Source: an uncultured bacterium
Lineage (GTDB): Bacteria > Acidobacteriota > Thermoanaerobaculia > Multivoradales > JAHZIX01
Assembly (NCBI GenBank): GCA_965368975.1
Contig: CBDUPA010000002.1
Location: 96,001 to 160,000 of the forward strand
Direction: 5' to 3'
DNA length: 64,000 nt
Program-made: the position numbers and the translations under genes
Shown here: piece after piece, positions 30,909 to 40,915 of the stretch
How positions within the stretch are numbered: the first letter of the stretch is position 1
Layout of the letters: each line of letters begins with the position of its first letter
The notes under the pieces: model-generated
Told to the model about the DNA's origin: nothing
The model's database searches: none
The model's input: the letters and a program-made list of their open reading frames with translations, nothing else

Positions 30909-31655
30909 ATGCCAGTTCGCCCCAGCCCCGCTTCACCGCAGCCAACAGCACAGGCTTCATTACGATTTCTCTCGCTTCTCATTTCGATCACCTGCTTGAT
31001 GGCTTGCTCCGCTCAGCAAGCCCCACAAGACGCCACGCACACCGCCTTCTCCGGCTTCCTGGGAGATTACTCACAGCTCCAGTCCACCGAGGACGACGAG
31101 ATGCTCCTGGTGTTTCGAAAGAAACCAGGCATCCTGGGCCAGTACAAGGCTTTCCTGGTCGAGCCGGTTCTCGTTTTCTTCGATTCTGAGACGACGGGCG
31201 GAGGCGTGGAGCCGGGTGAACTTCAGGAACTCGCCGAGTACCTGTATTCGGAGGGTACGGCACAGCTCGAAGAGGCCGGTTTCTCAGTCGTTGGACAACC
31301 GGGGCCAGGGGTCGCACGGGTTCGACTCGCGATCACCGGCGTACAACCCATTCGCCCCGCGCGCAACGTCGGCTCGAAGGTAGCAGGCATGGCTCTGGGA
31401 ATCGGCCTGCTCGTCCCATCGGTGGAAGTCGGCGGGGCTGCGATTGAAGCCGAGATCGTCGACTCCGAGACCGGGGAACGCCTGGTCGCGATCGTCGCTA
31501 GTGATCAAGGACGCCGCTTCTTCAATCTGAAGAACAGTGCTTCGCGCTGGGGAGACACCAAGGCTGTACTCAGAGCTTGGGCCAAGGCGTTCCGAGAGCG
31601 TCTGGAAAGTGTGCGCGACGCCGGGTCTCCAGAAACCTCCGAGGTTTCACCATGA
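30909..31655 (+). CDS. DUF3313-like lipoprotein
   Basis: Lipobox LMAC, FSGFLGDYSQL, PGPGVARVRLAIT, EAEIVDSETGERL. Start uncertain (30888 or 30909). Confidence 0.8.
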   Translation: MPVRPSPASPQPTAQASLRFLSLLISITCLMACSAQQAPQDATHTAFSGFLGDYSQLQSTEDDEMLLVFRKKPGILGQYKAFLVEPVLVFFDSETTGGGVEPGELQELAEYLYSEGTAQLEEAGFSVVGQPGPGVARVRLAITGVQPIRPARNVGSKVAGMALGIGLLVPSVEVGGAAIEAEIVDSETGERLVAIVASDQGRRFFNLKNSASRWGDTKAVLRAWAKAFRERLESVRDAGSPETSEVSP

Positions 31656-33538
31656 TCGGGTCGGCACGGTCGGTATACGGGCGGCCCGACGCGGCTCGCT
31701 CACTGTTCGATGTGCTGCGCGGGCGATGTCTCGCCATCTTACTGACCGTGGGCTGCTGGCCCCTGGCGCTGCACGCCGAGGCTCCGCCGAACTTCGTGCT
31801 GATCGTGGCAGACGATCTCGGCTTCTCGGATCTCGGTTGCTTTGGTGGCGAGATCCATACCCCAAATCTCGACCGCCTGGCGGTTCAAGGGCAGCGCTTC
31901 ACGAACTTCTATGTTTCCTTGTCGTGCTCACCCAGCCGCGCAATGCTGTTGTCGGGACTGGACAACCACGTGGTGGGTCTGGGCAACATGTACGAGCGGA
32001 CAGCACCCAATCAGCAGGGCCTCGACGGCTATGAAGGCGTTCTGCGCACGGATGTCACGACGATCGCGGATGCGCTGCGCCAGCAGGGGTACCACACCTA
32101 CATGACGGGCAAGTGGCACCTCGGTCACTCGCCCGCGCACATCCCGGCCGCGCGCGGCTTCGAACGCTCTTTCGCGTTGCTCAACTCCGCCGGGAGTCAC
32201 TTCGACCTGACCGGCTACAAGGTCGAGAATGAAGTCTCCGAGTTCACCCAGGACGAGACCTACTTGCGCGAGTTGCCCCGCGACTACTACTCCAGCAAGA
32301 CCTTCACCGACAAGCTGATCGACTTCATCGAAGCAGATCGGGCGGACGGAAAACCCTTCTTCGCCTACCTCGCCTACCAGGCCCCGCACGACCCCTTGCA
32401 GGTACCGGACCGGTGGTTGCGCCGCTACAAGGGACACTACGACCAAGGCTGGGACGCGTCTCGCGAAGCACGCATGACCCGCATGAAAGAGCTGGGCATC
32501 CTGCCAGAGCAGGCGAGCGCCGCACCTCGACTCTGGTTCATTCCCGCCTGGGAGGACCTGACGGGCATCGCCCAGGTCCAGGCCGCGCGCAAGATGGAGA
32601 TCTACGCTGCCATGGTCGAGTACATGGACAGCCAGATCGGGCGACTCCTCGACTACCTCGAGAGCCACGGACTCGCTGACGACACCTACGTGCTCTTCCT
32701 GTCGGACAACGGGCCCGAGGGCAACGACTCGATCGCCACCGCCAAGCGACAGCCGGCAACGGCAGCTGCCAACTTCTTCGCCCAGAACTACCGAACCGAC
32801 TTCGCGTCCTGGGGACGCAAGGACTCCTACATGGCGTACGGTCAAGCCTGGGCGCAGGTCTCGGCCACTCCGTTCTACATGTTCAAGGGCTCGATGTTCG
32901 AAGGCGGCATTCGCTCACCTCTCATCGTCTGGCACCGCGACAGCACCAAGGCGGGAGCTGTCAACACCGAAGACGTTCTGCACGTCAGCGACGTCGCTCC
33001 GACTCTGCTCGACCTCGCGGGCCTGCCCGTCGACCTGCTGCACGCTCGAGGCGCCGGTCCGCGGCACCTCGACGAGCAACAGCGCGCCGAGCTACAAGCC
33101 GGACAGTCCTGGAGAGCACTGCTGGGCGAAGCTTCGAAGGGCGAACCTCGTTCCGGTCTCGGTATGGAGATCTGGGGCGGGCGCGTGTATCGCCAGGGCC
33201 CTTGGAAGCTGACGTGGATGCACCGTCCCTTCGGTACCGACGACTGGCAACTGTTTCACGTCATCGACGATCCGGCCGAGCGCGTTGATCTGTCCGCACG
33301 GCATCCCGAGATCAGGGAACGGATGATCGAAGCCTGGAACGCCTACGCCCGCAGCAACAACGTCGTCCTGCCCGATCGAACCGATTACGACGGCATGGAA
33401 GACCGGCTACCACCCAGACCACCGGTCGAATCCCCAGGCTGGCCGCGCGGTCAGGAACCCAACTGGACGTCGGACGAAGACGAGCCGAGCACACCGCAGA
33501 ACGGCTCCCGAAATGAAGTACCGCAACAACTCCCCTGA
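31652..33538 (+). CDS. Arylsulfatase (Cys-type, formylglycine-dependent)
   Basis: PNFVLIVADDLG, CSPSRAMLLSG (CxPxR), GKWHLG, APHDPLQ, SDNG, EGGIRSP. Confidence 0.95.
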   Translation: MIGSARSVYGRPDAARSLFDVLRGRCLAILLTVGCWPLALHAEAPPNFVLIVADDLGFSDLGCFGGEIHTPNLDRLAVQGQRFTNFYVSLSCSPSRAMLLSGLDNHVVGLGNMYERTAPNQQGLDGYEGVLRTDVTTIADALRQQGYHTYMTGKWHLGHSPAHIPAARGFERSFALLNSAGSHFDLTGYKVENEVSEFTQDETYLRELPRDYYSSKTFTDKLIDFIEADRADGKPFFAYLAYQAPHDPLQVPDRWLRRYKGHYDQGWDASREARMTRMKELGILPEQASAAPRLWFIPAWEDLTGIAQVQAARKMEIYAAMVEYMDSQIGRLLDYLESHGLADDTYVLFLSDNGPEGNDSIATAKRQPATAAANFFAQNYRTDFASWGRKDSYMAYGQAWAQVSATPFYMFKGSMFEGGIRSPLIVWHRDSTKAGAVNTEDVLHVSDVAPTLLDLAGLPVDLLHARGAGPRHLDEQQRAELQAGQSWRALLGEASKGEPRSGLGMEIWGGRVYRQGPWKLTWMHRPFGTDDWQLFHVIDDPAERVDLSARHPEIRERMIEAWNAYARSNNVVLPDRTDYDGMEDRLPPRPPVESPGWPRGQEPNWTSDEDEPSTPQNGSRNEVPQQLP

Positions 33539-33557
33539 AGCCCCAGCGAGATTCGAC

Positions 33558-34580
33558 ATGAAACAACCCGCGCTCGCCCTCTTCCACCGACTCACCCCGC
33601 GCCTTGCCGCACTGTGCTCGATCTGCGCCTTCGGACTCGTCTGTGTGCTGCCGGCAACTGCGGCATTCGACGGCCCCCGTGTCTATTGGCCCTTGCCCAA
33701 GAACACCAACATCGTCTCCGGGCACTACCTGTTCGGTACCGCCAATGTCTCGTGGAGTCACTGGACCAACCTGGAACCAGAGTTCGACATCTCCAGTGAC
33801 CTCTACCTGCTCACGTACACACGCGTGCAGCCCATCTTCGGACGCACAGCCTACTTCCAGCTCACCCTACCGGCGGCGACGCTCGACCCGTCTTCGCCTC
33901 TTCCCGTGACAACGCAGGATACCTTCACCAATGGCATCGGTGATCCGTCCTTCTCGGCTACCGTCAACCTGTATGGCACTCCGGCGCTGAAGGCCAAAGA
34001 CTTCTTGCGGCACGACCTCGACACATCGATCAACCTGGGCATCCAGGTGACCGCTCCTTGGGGCGACTACGACAGTGAGGAATCGCTCAATGTGGGTGCC
34101 AACCAGTGGAAGACGCGGGTCGCGCTGCCGGTCGTGCAGTCTCTCGGTCCGTGGGTTCCCGGACAGCGATTCACGCTGGAGGTGATGCCCTCGGTCGTCC
34201 TGTTCGGTGACAACGACGACGCCCTGGGTAGTGAGATCGAACAGGATCCCCTCTACAGCGTCGAAGTCCACCTGACGCGTGACATGACACGTCAAGCCTT
34301 CATTTCGCTCGACTACACCTGGCTCGACGGTGGCGAGGAAACCTGGACCGACAAGGCAACCGGCATGACCTCGCGCACCACGCAGGGTCTCGATGCCCAA
34401 TTGCTGGGCGCCACCCTCGGCTTCGAGATCAACGATCACCTCCGCCTGTTCCTGACCCACATGCAAACCGTGTCCGAGGACGGCGACCGTGTCTCACTCG
34501 AAGGATCACTCACCAAGGTCACCTTCTCCTGGTCCTGGCACGACGTCCTCGAACGCGTGCAGCAGTTCCGCAGCGACTGA
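33558..34580 (+). CDS. Outer-membrane channel, MetA-pathway/SphA 'transporter' family
   Basis: Signal peptide, GIGDP, TAPWGDYD..NVGANQW, EQDPLYSVEVH. Start may be 33513. Confidence 0.75.
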   Translation: MKQPALALFHRLTPRLAALCSICAFGLVCVLPATAAFDGPRVYWPLPKNTNIVSGHYLFGTANVSWSHWTNLEPEFDISSDLYLLTYTRVQPIFGRTAYFQLTLPAATLDPSSPLPVTTQDTFTNGIGDPSFSATVNLYGTPALKAKDFLRHDLDTSINLGIQVTAPWGDYDSEESLNVGANQWKTRVALPVVQSLGPWVPGQRFTLEVMPSVVLFGDNDDALGSEIEQDPLYSVEVHLTRDMTRQAFISLDYTWLDGGEETWTDKATGMTSRTTQGLDAQLLGATLGFEINDHLRLFLTHMQTVSEDGDRVSLEGSLTKVTFSWSWHDVLERVQQFRSD

Positions 34581-34590
34581 AGCACCGACA

Positions 34591-35583
34591 ATGCTCTTTC
34601 ATCCAGGCTTCGCGGGTGCCATCCTGCTCGCCGCCGTGCTCTGCCAGGCATCGCCAGTCGAGACTCAGAGTACCGTTCCAAAGGACGTCCAGCCGGCGCC
34701 TTCGCCGGCACCACGGGGCATGATCTGGATTCCTGCCGGACGGACGACAATCGGCTCCGACCACCACTACTCGGAAGAGCGGCAGGCCCACGTGGTCGAG
34801 GTCGGGGGATTCTGGATAGATCGCTTCGAGGTGACGAACCAACGATTCGCGGAGTTCGTGGAGGCCACGGGCTACGCCACTACCGCCGAGCGAGCCACCG
34901 AGCTCGGATTTCCCGCCGCGGGCTCCGCCGTCTTTCAGCCCCCCACCGAAGGAGGAGCTGGCTGGACCTTCCTGGCGGGCGCCACCTGGCGCCACCCGGA
35001 AGGCCCCGGAAGTTCGATCGATGGTCGGTTGGATGAGCCCGTGGTGCATGTCTCCTTCGAGGATGCGGTCGCCTTCGCCACCTGGAGTGGCCGTACCCTA
35101 CCGACGGAAGAACAGTGGGAACACGCCGCCCGCCTCGGGCTCGGGGAGCCGGGTTCACCGTCGTGGCAGGCACCTGAGACGGCAACGGGAAAGCCTCTCG
35201 CCAATACCTGGCAGGGGTACTTTCCGCTCGAGAACCAGGCTCTCGATGGGTTCCCAGGTCGAGCTCCGGTAGGTAGCTTTCCACCTGACGAGCTCGGCGT
35301 CTTCGACATGATCGGCAACGTGTGGGAGTGGACCCGCAGTCCCTACTGTGGCCAGCACGGATCGACCAACGCGGGGACTTGTGAGCAGGACGGCTACGAC
35401 CCACAACAACCGGGAGGCTCGCCCGGTGTCATCAAAGGCGGCTCCTACCTCTGCGCTCCCACGGCCTGTCGCCGCTACCGTGCGTCCGCGCGCCAGCCGC
35501 AAGACCGAAGACTCGGGACCAATCACCTGGGCTTCAGGACCGTGGTCGAACCGACGTCCCCCACCTCCGAGAGTCGGAAGTAG
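34591..35583 (+). CDS. Formylglycine-generating enzyme (SUMF1/FGE family)
   Basis: EVTNQRF, WRHPEGP, PVVHVSFEDA, LPTEEQWE, DMIGNVWEW, KGGSYLCAPTACRRYR, HLGFR. Confidence 0.93.
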   Translation: MLFHPGFAGAILLAAVLCQASPVETQSTVPKDVQPAPSPAPRGMIWIPAGRTTIGSDHHYSEERQAHVVEVGGFWIDRFEVTNQRFAEFVEATGYATTAERATELGFPAAGSAVFQPPTEGGAGWTFLAGATWRHPEGPGSSIDGRLDEPVVHVSFEDAVAFATWSGRTLPTEEQWEHAARLGLGEPGSPSWQAPETATGKPLANTWQGYFPLENQALDGFPGRAPVGSFPPDELGVFDMIGNVWEWTRSPYCGQHGSTNAGTCEQDGYDPQQPGGSPGVIKGGSYLCAPTACRRYRASARQPQDRRLGTNHLGFRTVVEPTSPTSESRK

Positions 35584-35587
35584 CGGA

Positions 35588-38221
35588 TCAAGCCGCTACG
35601 GCTTGAATCCGCTTCAGGAGCACCCCGACGTTCGCAATCCGCTGATCCGGCTTCTTCTCTAGGCACTGCAGCAGCAACCGCTCCAGCTCCGCCGGAATCT
35701 CCGGCCAGTGCGCGCTCGGAGGGATCGGATCTTCGTTGATGTGCGCCACGACGATCTGCATGGCTGTTTTGCCAGAGAACGGTAGCTTGCCGGTGAACAT
35801 CTCGTAGAACACCATGCCGCAGGCGTAGATGTCCGCGCGCTGGTCGGGCTCTTCACCCTGCAGCTGCTCCGGTGCCAGGTAGTGCGGCGTGCCAACGAGA
35901 GAACCTGGTTCGGTCTGGCCAGCGGTTGTTCGCTTGATCGGACGCGCGATGCCGAAGTCCATCAGTTTGGCGTTGCCGGCGTTGTCGATGATCAGGTTCT
36001 CTGGCTTGATATCTCGATGCAGCACACCTTCCTGGTGTGCCGCCTGCAAGCCGGCGCACAGTTGACGCGCCAGCCGCAGGCCGGCGGACAGTGGCAGTCG
36101 TCCCGTCTGCTCCAGCAAGTACCGCAGCGTCAGGCCGCGTACGTACTCCATGGAGATGAAGGCAATGCCGGCCAGGTCGCCGAAATCGTAGGTCCGCAGC
36201 ACGTTCGGGTGGGTGATACGACGCGCCAGCTTGAGTTCGATCTTCAGGCGCTCCAAGCCTTCCGAATCGTCGAACGCTTCGCGCTTCAGGGTCTTGAGCG
36301 CCACCAGGTCGTCCAGCTCGCGATCCTTGGCCTTGTACACGACGCCCATGCCACCGCTACCGAGCACGCTCAACAGTTCGAAGCGGTTGCCCAGCACCGA
36401 GCCGGGACCGATGCCGGAAAGCGTCATCTGCGCCGAACCATCCGCCGACGTCATGGCAATGGTGCGTGACGTTGGCGCCAGGCCGGCGAGACGCTCGGCG
36501 GCATTGGCATCGAGCACAAAAAGTGGCTGCGTGCTGAGTGCGCCCTGCGACGCGTGCAGCTCGACGCCGGAGCGCTGGAAGCTATCCTGCAGTTCCTCAC
36601 GGACCGAGCGCGCAAGCAAGATGTCTCCCGGTGTCGCCTCGCGCAGGAGCGTGTCTAGTTGCAACACGACGGAGCCGACCAGAGCGTGCTTGGGGTGCTC
36701 ACCCCAGGCTACCGAGCCATACACGATCTCGCCTTGGGCCACCGCGACGGCGGGTGGATCTGCTTGCGAGAAGGCATCGTCCCCACGCAGGTGGCGTACC
36801 AGCTGGCCTGCCGCGACGACCGCGTTGAGGGTCGCTCCCAGGCCCTCGAAGCGCGCCAAGACGCGGTGGCCGGCCAGGGCTTCGATGTGACCATGGCGCG
36901 CGGCAACAGCGGAGGCGACCCTGCGGAGGTCACGGGTCACGCTTTCGATCGTCGCCTCGGCGTCGTTCTGACTGCGCAGCTGGGCGAAGCGTCGCAGCTC
37001 GACAGCCAGCAAAGCCACCGGTCGAACCGACGGGGCAATGAGAGCTTCCCCGACATCCGGGTCGGGCAGGTAACGCGACAGGTCACTGACGTAGGCTTCG
37101 ATCTCGGTCTTCTCGCGCAGGTCGCCGAGCAGGGAGTTGAAGGCACGCGCCAGCTGCGAGACCTCACCACCTCCGCTCTCCGGGATGCTGCGGCTGTAGT
37201 CTCCTTGCGCCGCCGCCTCGGCGGCTGTGACCAGTTGCTTGACGGGTTGCAGGGTACGACGTGACAGGGCGTAGGAGAGCACCAGGGCGATCAGTAGCGA
37301 CAGGCCGCCGGCGATCAGGATGGCACGCTGCATGGCCCGGTAGCCGCTCAGCTCGGCATCAACGGAGAAGAGGCTGACGGTGGCGCCCGCGATCTCGCCC
37401 GTGGAGTCGACCAGCGGTACGGCACTGGCACGATACCGGTCGTCCAACTCCACCTCGTAGCGCGTCACTTCTTCGCCACGCTCCAGCACCTGGCTGAGGA
37501 TGCCGTCACTCTGTAGCCGCTGGCGCAAGCGGTCGGCGAGAGCGGCGTCGAGAGTCGTCGCCGGGATCTGCAGTGAGCCGTCGGCTCGAGCGAGCACGAA
37601 GTTGACGTCCGAACCGCTGATGCGTTTGATCTCGGAGGCCAGGGCGTCGTCGACGGCGAAGCCGGTCACCAGCAAGCCGTAGAGGTCGAAGTTGGGACTG
37701 AGAATCGGCACCACGGCGGCCTGGAAGAGGCGGTCGCTCTCGAGCCAGAATCCCGCCTGCCGTTGCGATGCCGTGAGAACGGCCTCGACCAGCGGCATGG
37801 AGGAGAGATCAGAACCGAAGTCGCCTGGGCGGTCCGTGCGCACCAGGACCCGGCCTTCCGGGTTCAAGATAATCGCGAACTCGAAGCCCATGCTCTGCTG
37901 GCGCTCGCCCAGGATGTCGAGCATCGAGCCGCGATCGACGATCCCCTCCCCGTCCAGACCGCCGCCGGACGCCTCGATGATGTAGCTGGTGAACGGCGTG
38001 TCGTTGGAAAAGACCTGCGAGATCAACTCCAGCTGGTCGAAGCGACGCTCGCGCATCTCGGCCTGGATCGACTGGCTGGTCTCCAGGGAGCTTCGGATCG
38101 CCGTCTCGGCACTACGGTTGCCGATCAGATAGGTCACCCCGACGGCGGCCCCGATCGACAGCGTCACCAGCAGGGCGCTGATCAGGAAGATGCGAACTCC
38201 GAGAGGCAATGAGATGCGCAT
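35588..38221 (-). CDS. Membrane sensor: TM-Cache-like-TM-HAMP-degenerate class III cyclase-Ser/Thr kinase
   Basis: Two TMs, HAMP (PVKQL..GEVSQLARAFNSL), cyclase-like middle region, kinase GSGGMG/VALK/HRDIKPEN/DFG/APE. Confidence 0.88.
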   Translation of the reverse strand: MRISLPLGVRIFLISALLVTLSIGAAVGVTYLIGNRSAETAIRSSLETSQSIQAEMRERRFDQLELISQVFSNDTPFTSYIIEASGGGLDGEGIVDRGSMLDILGERQQSMGFEFAIILNPEGRVLVRTDRPGDFGSDLSSMPLVEAVLTASQRQAGFWLESDRLFQAAVVPILSPNFDLYGLLVTGFAVDDALASEIKRISGSDVNFVLARADGSLQIPATTLDAALADRLRQRLQSDGILSQVLERGEEVTRYEVELDDRYRASAVPLVDSTGEIAGATVSLFSVDAELSGYRAMQRAILIAGGLSLLIALVLSYALSRRTLQPVKQLVTAAEAAAQGDYSRSIPESGGGEVSQLARAFNSLLGDLREKTEIEAYVSDLSRYLPDPDVGEALIAPSVRPVALLAVELRRFAQLRSQNDAEATIESVTRDLRRVASAVAARHGHIEALAGHRVLARFEGLGATLNAVVAAGQLVRHLRGDDAFSQADPPAVAVAQGEIVYGSVAWGEHPKHALVGSVVLQLDTLLREATPGDILLARSVREELQDSFQRSGVELHASQGALSTQPLFVLDANAAERLAGLAPTSRTIAMTSADGSAQMTLSGIGPGSVLGNRFELLSVLGSGGMGVVYKAKDRELDDLVALKTLKREAFDDSEGLERLKIELKLARRITHPNVLRTYDFGDLAGIAFISMEYVRGLTLRYLLEQTGRLPLSAGLRLARQLCAGLQAAHQEGVLHRDIKPENLIIDNAGNAKLMDFGIARPIKRTTAGQTEPGSLVGTPHYLAPEQLQGEEPDQRADIYACGMVFYEMFTGKLPFSGKTAMQIVVAHINEDPIPPSAHWPEIPAELERLLLQCLEKKPDQRIANVGVLLKRIQAVAA

Positions 38222-38287
38222 GGGTAGGGCTTGTTGAATCCTAGGGCTGAGTCGGCTCGCGGGCGAGCGTCATTTCAGGTACGAACA

Positions 38288-38986
38288 TCAATTGTAGCGG
38301 TCGCGGCGGCTGTACGGCTTGCCGAACTTGTTCAGGTGCTCCGGCACGCGACGGCGGCTCAAGTCCAGGCGTAGCACCAACGTACCCTCGCGTGGAAGCT
38401 GGATGTCGACGGTCACTGGCTGTGCCCGCTCTTGCCACACCGTCAGCCGGCCCGGCCCGGCGGGCAGATCTTCCAGCCGGAAGCGGCCATCGACGCTCGG
38501 CCGAGTGTAGAAGGGCGTATCGAGCACCAGGATGTGGGCACTCATCGCATAGTGCACATTGCAGAAGACGCGTACCAGTCCGGCTTCGTCGAAGGTGTGG
38601 CTCTTGCCCTCGCCACGCCGGTACAGGCCGACGTCGAAGCGGTTGCCGGGCGACACCGAGAAGACGTTGTGCAAGATTGGATCTTCGTTCGGGAATCGCA
38701 CCGTGCCGCCACGTGGAATCACCAGCAGACCAGGCTCGAACTCTTTGTTGCGCGTCACCATGCTCAGCGGCTCGGCCGGCGGTTCGAGTTCGATCTCCGC
38801 GCCTTCCGTCGATGGCTGGTAGTAGACCACGACGTCTTCGACATCCGTCGTACGCAGTGCCTGACCACGCTCATTGAACAACTGGATGCGCCCGTTCAGC
38901 ACGTGCTGTGCCGCCGCCGGCCAGCTCACCAGGGCTAGCAGAACGGCGGCCAGGGCAGACCGAAATGGGGTCGTCGGCATGGGCAT
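38288..38986 (-). CDS. Exported cupredoxin-like protein with carboxypeptidase-regulatory-like segment
   Basis: Signal peptide, FEP..G.TVRFPNED..HNVFS, CNVHYAM (His/Cys/His/Met), GRFRLEDLPAG. Confidence 0.82.
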   Translation of the reverse strand: MPMPTTPFRSALAAVLLALVSWPAAAQHVLNGRIQLFNERGQALRTTDVEDVVVYYQPSTEGAEIELEPPAEPLSMVTRNKEFEPGLLVIPRGGTVRFPNEDPILHNVFSVSPGNRFDVGLYRRGEGKSHTFDEAGLVRVFCNVHYAMSAHILVLDTPFYTRPSVDGRFRLEDLPAGPGRLTVWQERAQPVTVDIQLPREGTLVLRLDLSRRRVPEHLNKFGKPYSRRDRYN

Positions 38987-39040
38987 GTTCAAGATCCTCG
39001 AGGCTCGGATCTTAGCAGATGCACGCGACCTCACCGGGCT

Positions 39041-40915
39041 CTAGTCTTGCTCGACCACGACCTGCTGGTCGACACCTTCGACCGCAACGTCCTGCTGCGA
39101 GCCATCCGGCCAGTGGACGCGTAGTGCCTCGACCTGCGTCGCGGAGCCGAGACCAAAGGTGACCGGCAGCTCGACCTGCGACAGGTAGCCCCGCGTTGGC
39201 ATCACCTGACGGCGTTGCATGACGCCGCCCACTGTCAGCTCGACCCAGGCTCCGATCGCATCGACGTTGGGTGCCTTGCCCTGCAAGCGCACGCGCAGCC
39301 AGTGGTGACCGGTCGCCTGGTCATTGCGCAGCAGCAACGGCCTACCGCCCACCTGGGTCAGGACGACATCGAGATCACCGTCGCCATCGATGTCGGCATA
39401 CGAGCAGGCGCGGCCCACCAGATCCTGGGCCAGAGCCCCGGTCAGCTCCGGCGGCACCGGCTCGAAACGCTCGCCGGTATTCCAGAACAGCTGTGCCGGC
39501 TGACGGTAACTCTGGCTCGGGTCGACGGTGGCAATCTCGTCTTCCAGGTGACCGTTGGTCTGCAGCAGGTCGAGTCGGCCGTCGAGATCGGCATCGAACA
39601 GGAACAAGCCGAAGGTCAGCATCCGGCGCGACGGCGCACCGATGCCCTCGCTGATCGACTCGTCGACAAAGAAGGTAGGATCGTCCTGGCTGACGTAGGC
39701 CGAGCTCATCTCGTTGGCAAAGTTGCCGATCAGGAAGGCCAGATGCTCGTCGTTGCGGTGATGGCCGACGTCAACACCCATGGCTCCGGTGGCATTGCCG
39801 TCGCGGTCGTAGGCCAGGCCGAAGAACTCGCCAACCTCTTCGAAGGTGCCATCACCCAGGTTGTGGAAGAAGAAGTTGCGCACCGTGTCGTTGGCCACGA
39901 AGAGGTCCATCCAGCCATCGGCATCGATGTCCGCGATGCCCAACGCCAGCGACTTGGCCTCCGGCACGCCGGTGGCGGCATTGCCAACCCGCATCCCCGC
40001 CTCGGCGGTGGCATCCTCGAAGGTGCCGTCGCCCAGGTTGCGGTAGAAGTAAGGGTAGGTGCCCTCGTAACTCTGCGGCGGTCCGTAAGCGCGGCCGACA
40101 CCAGCCAGCCGGAAGTCGAGCTGGAAGTCGATGTCTTTCGACCAGCGCACGTAGTTGGCCACGAAGAGGTCGAGGTCGCCATCGTTGTCGGCGTCGAAGA
40201 AGCCAGCGCCGGTGCTCCACTCACTGGCTTCACCGGCGACGCCCGCGCTTGCCGTCACGTCTTCGAACCGACCGTCGCCACGGTTGCGTAGCAGGCGGTT
40301 CTGGCCCACGGCGGTGACGAAGACATCGCGCCAGCCATCGGCATCGATGTCGCCCACCGCCACGCCCATGCCGTAGTGGCTGATGTCGAGCCCAGCGGCG
40401 ACGGTGACGTCCTCGAACGTGCCGTCACCGCGATTGCGGTAGAGCGCCATGGTCGGTGCCGGTACTCGCGAATCGTTGAACGGCCACGCCGTGGAGTTGA
40501 CGAACAGCAGATCGGCGTCGCCATCGTTGTCGTAGTCGAAGAAAGCAGCGCCGCTGCCCATGGTCTCGGGCAGCAGCTTGTCACCCGTGGCTCCGTTGAC
40601 GTGGGTGAAGTCGATACCGGCCGCGGCCGTCATGTCGGTGAAGATCACGGCGGGCAGGTCCCCGGCTTCACTGTGCACCACTCGCTCGGGTGCCTCTGCC
40701 TCGACCTCTAGCTCCGGTCCCTGCGTCTCCGTTTCACGGGCGAAGAACACGTAGAACAGGACGGCAAGTACAGCGGCACCGACGAGCACCAGCATCGAGA
40801 CGCGGAAGGCCTGGCCGATCACGGTGTCGTCGGTGCTGACGACCTCGCCTCCCTCGTCGAGAATCACATCTTCGTTGCCCCGCAACTCGTCGGGCGTCTG
40901 TCCATCATCCTTCAC
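39041..40915 (-). CDS. Membrane-anchored CRTAC1-family (FG-GAP repeats + ASPIC/UnbV) protein
   Basis: N-terminal TM, LLPETMGSG, many DxDxDG loops, DAIGA..GYLSQ..FGLG..VHWPDG. Confidence 0.9.
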   Translation of the reverse strand: MKDDGQTPDELRGNEDVILDEGGEVVSTDDTVIGQAFRVSMLVLVGAAVLAVLFYVFFARETETQGPELEVEAEAPERVVHSEAGDLPAVIFTDMTAAAGIDFTHVNGATGDKLLPETMGSGAAFFDYDNDGDADLLFVNSTAWPFNDSRVPAPTMALYRNRGDGTFEDVTVAAGLDISHYGMGVAVGDIDADGWRDVFVTAVGQNRLLRNRGDGRFEDVTASAGVAGEASEWSTGAGFFDADNDGDLDLFVANYVRWSKDIDFQLDFRLAGVGRAYGPPQSYEGTYPYFYRNLGDGTFEDATAEAGMRVGNAATGVPEAKSLALGIADIDADGWMDLFVANDTVRNFFFHNLGDGTFEEVGEFFGLAYDRDGNATGAMGVDVGHHRNDEHLAFLIGNFANEMSSAYVSQDDPTFFVDESISEGIGAPSRRMLTFGLFLFDADLDGRLDLLQTNGHLEDEIATVDPSQSYRQPAQLFWNTGERFEPVPPELTGALAQDLVGRACSYADIDGDGDLDVVLTQVGGRPLLLRNDQATGHHWLRVRLQGKAPNVDAIGAWVELTVGGVMQRRQVMPTRGYLSQVELPVTFGLGSATQVEALRVHWPDGSQQDVAVEGVDQQVVVEQD

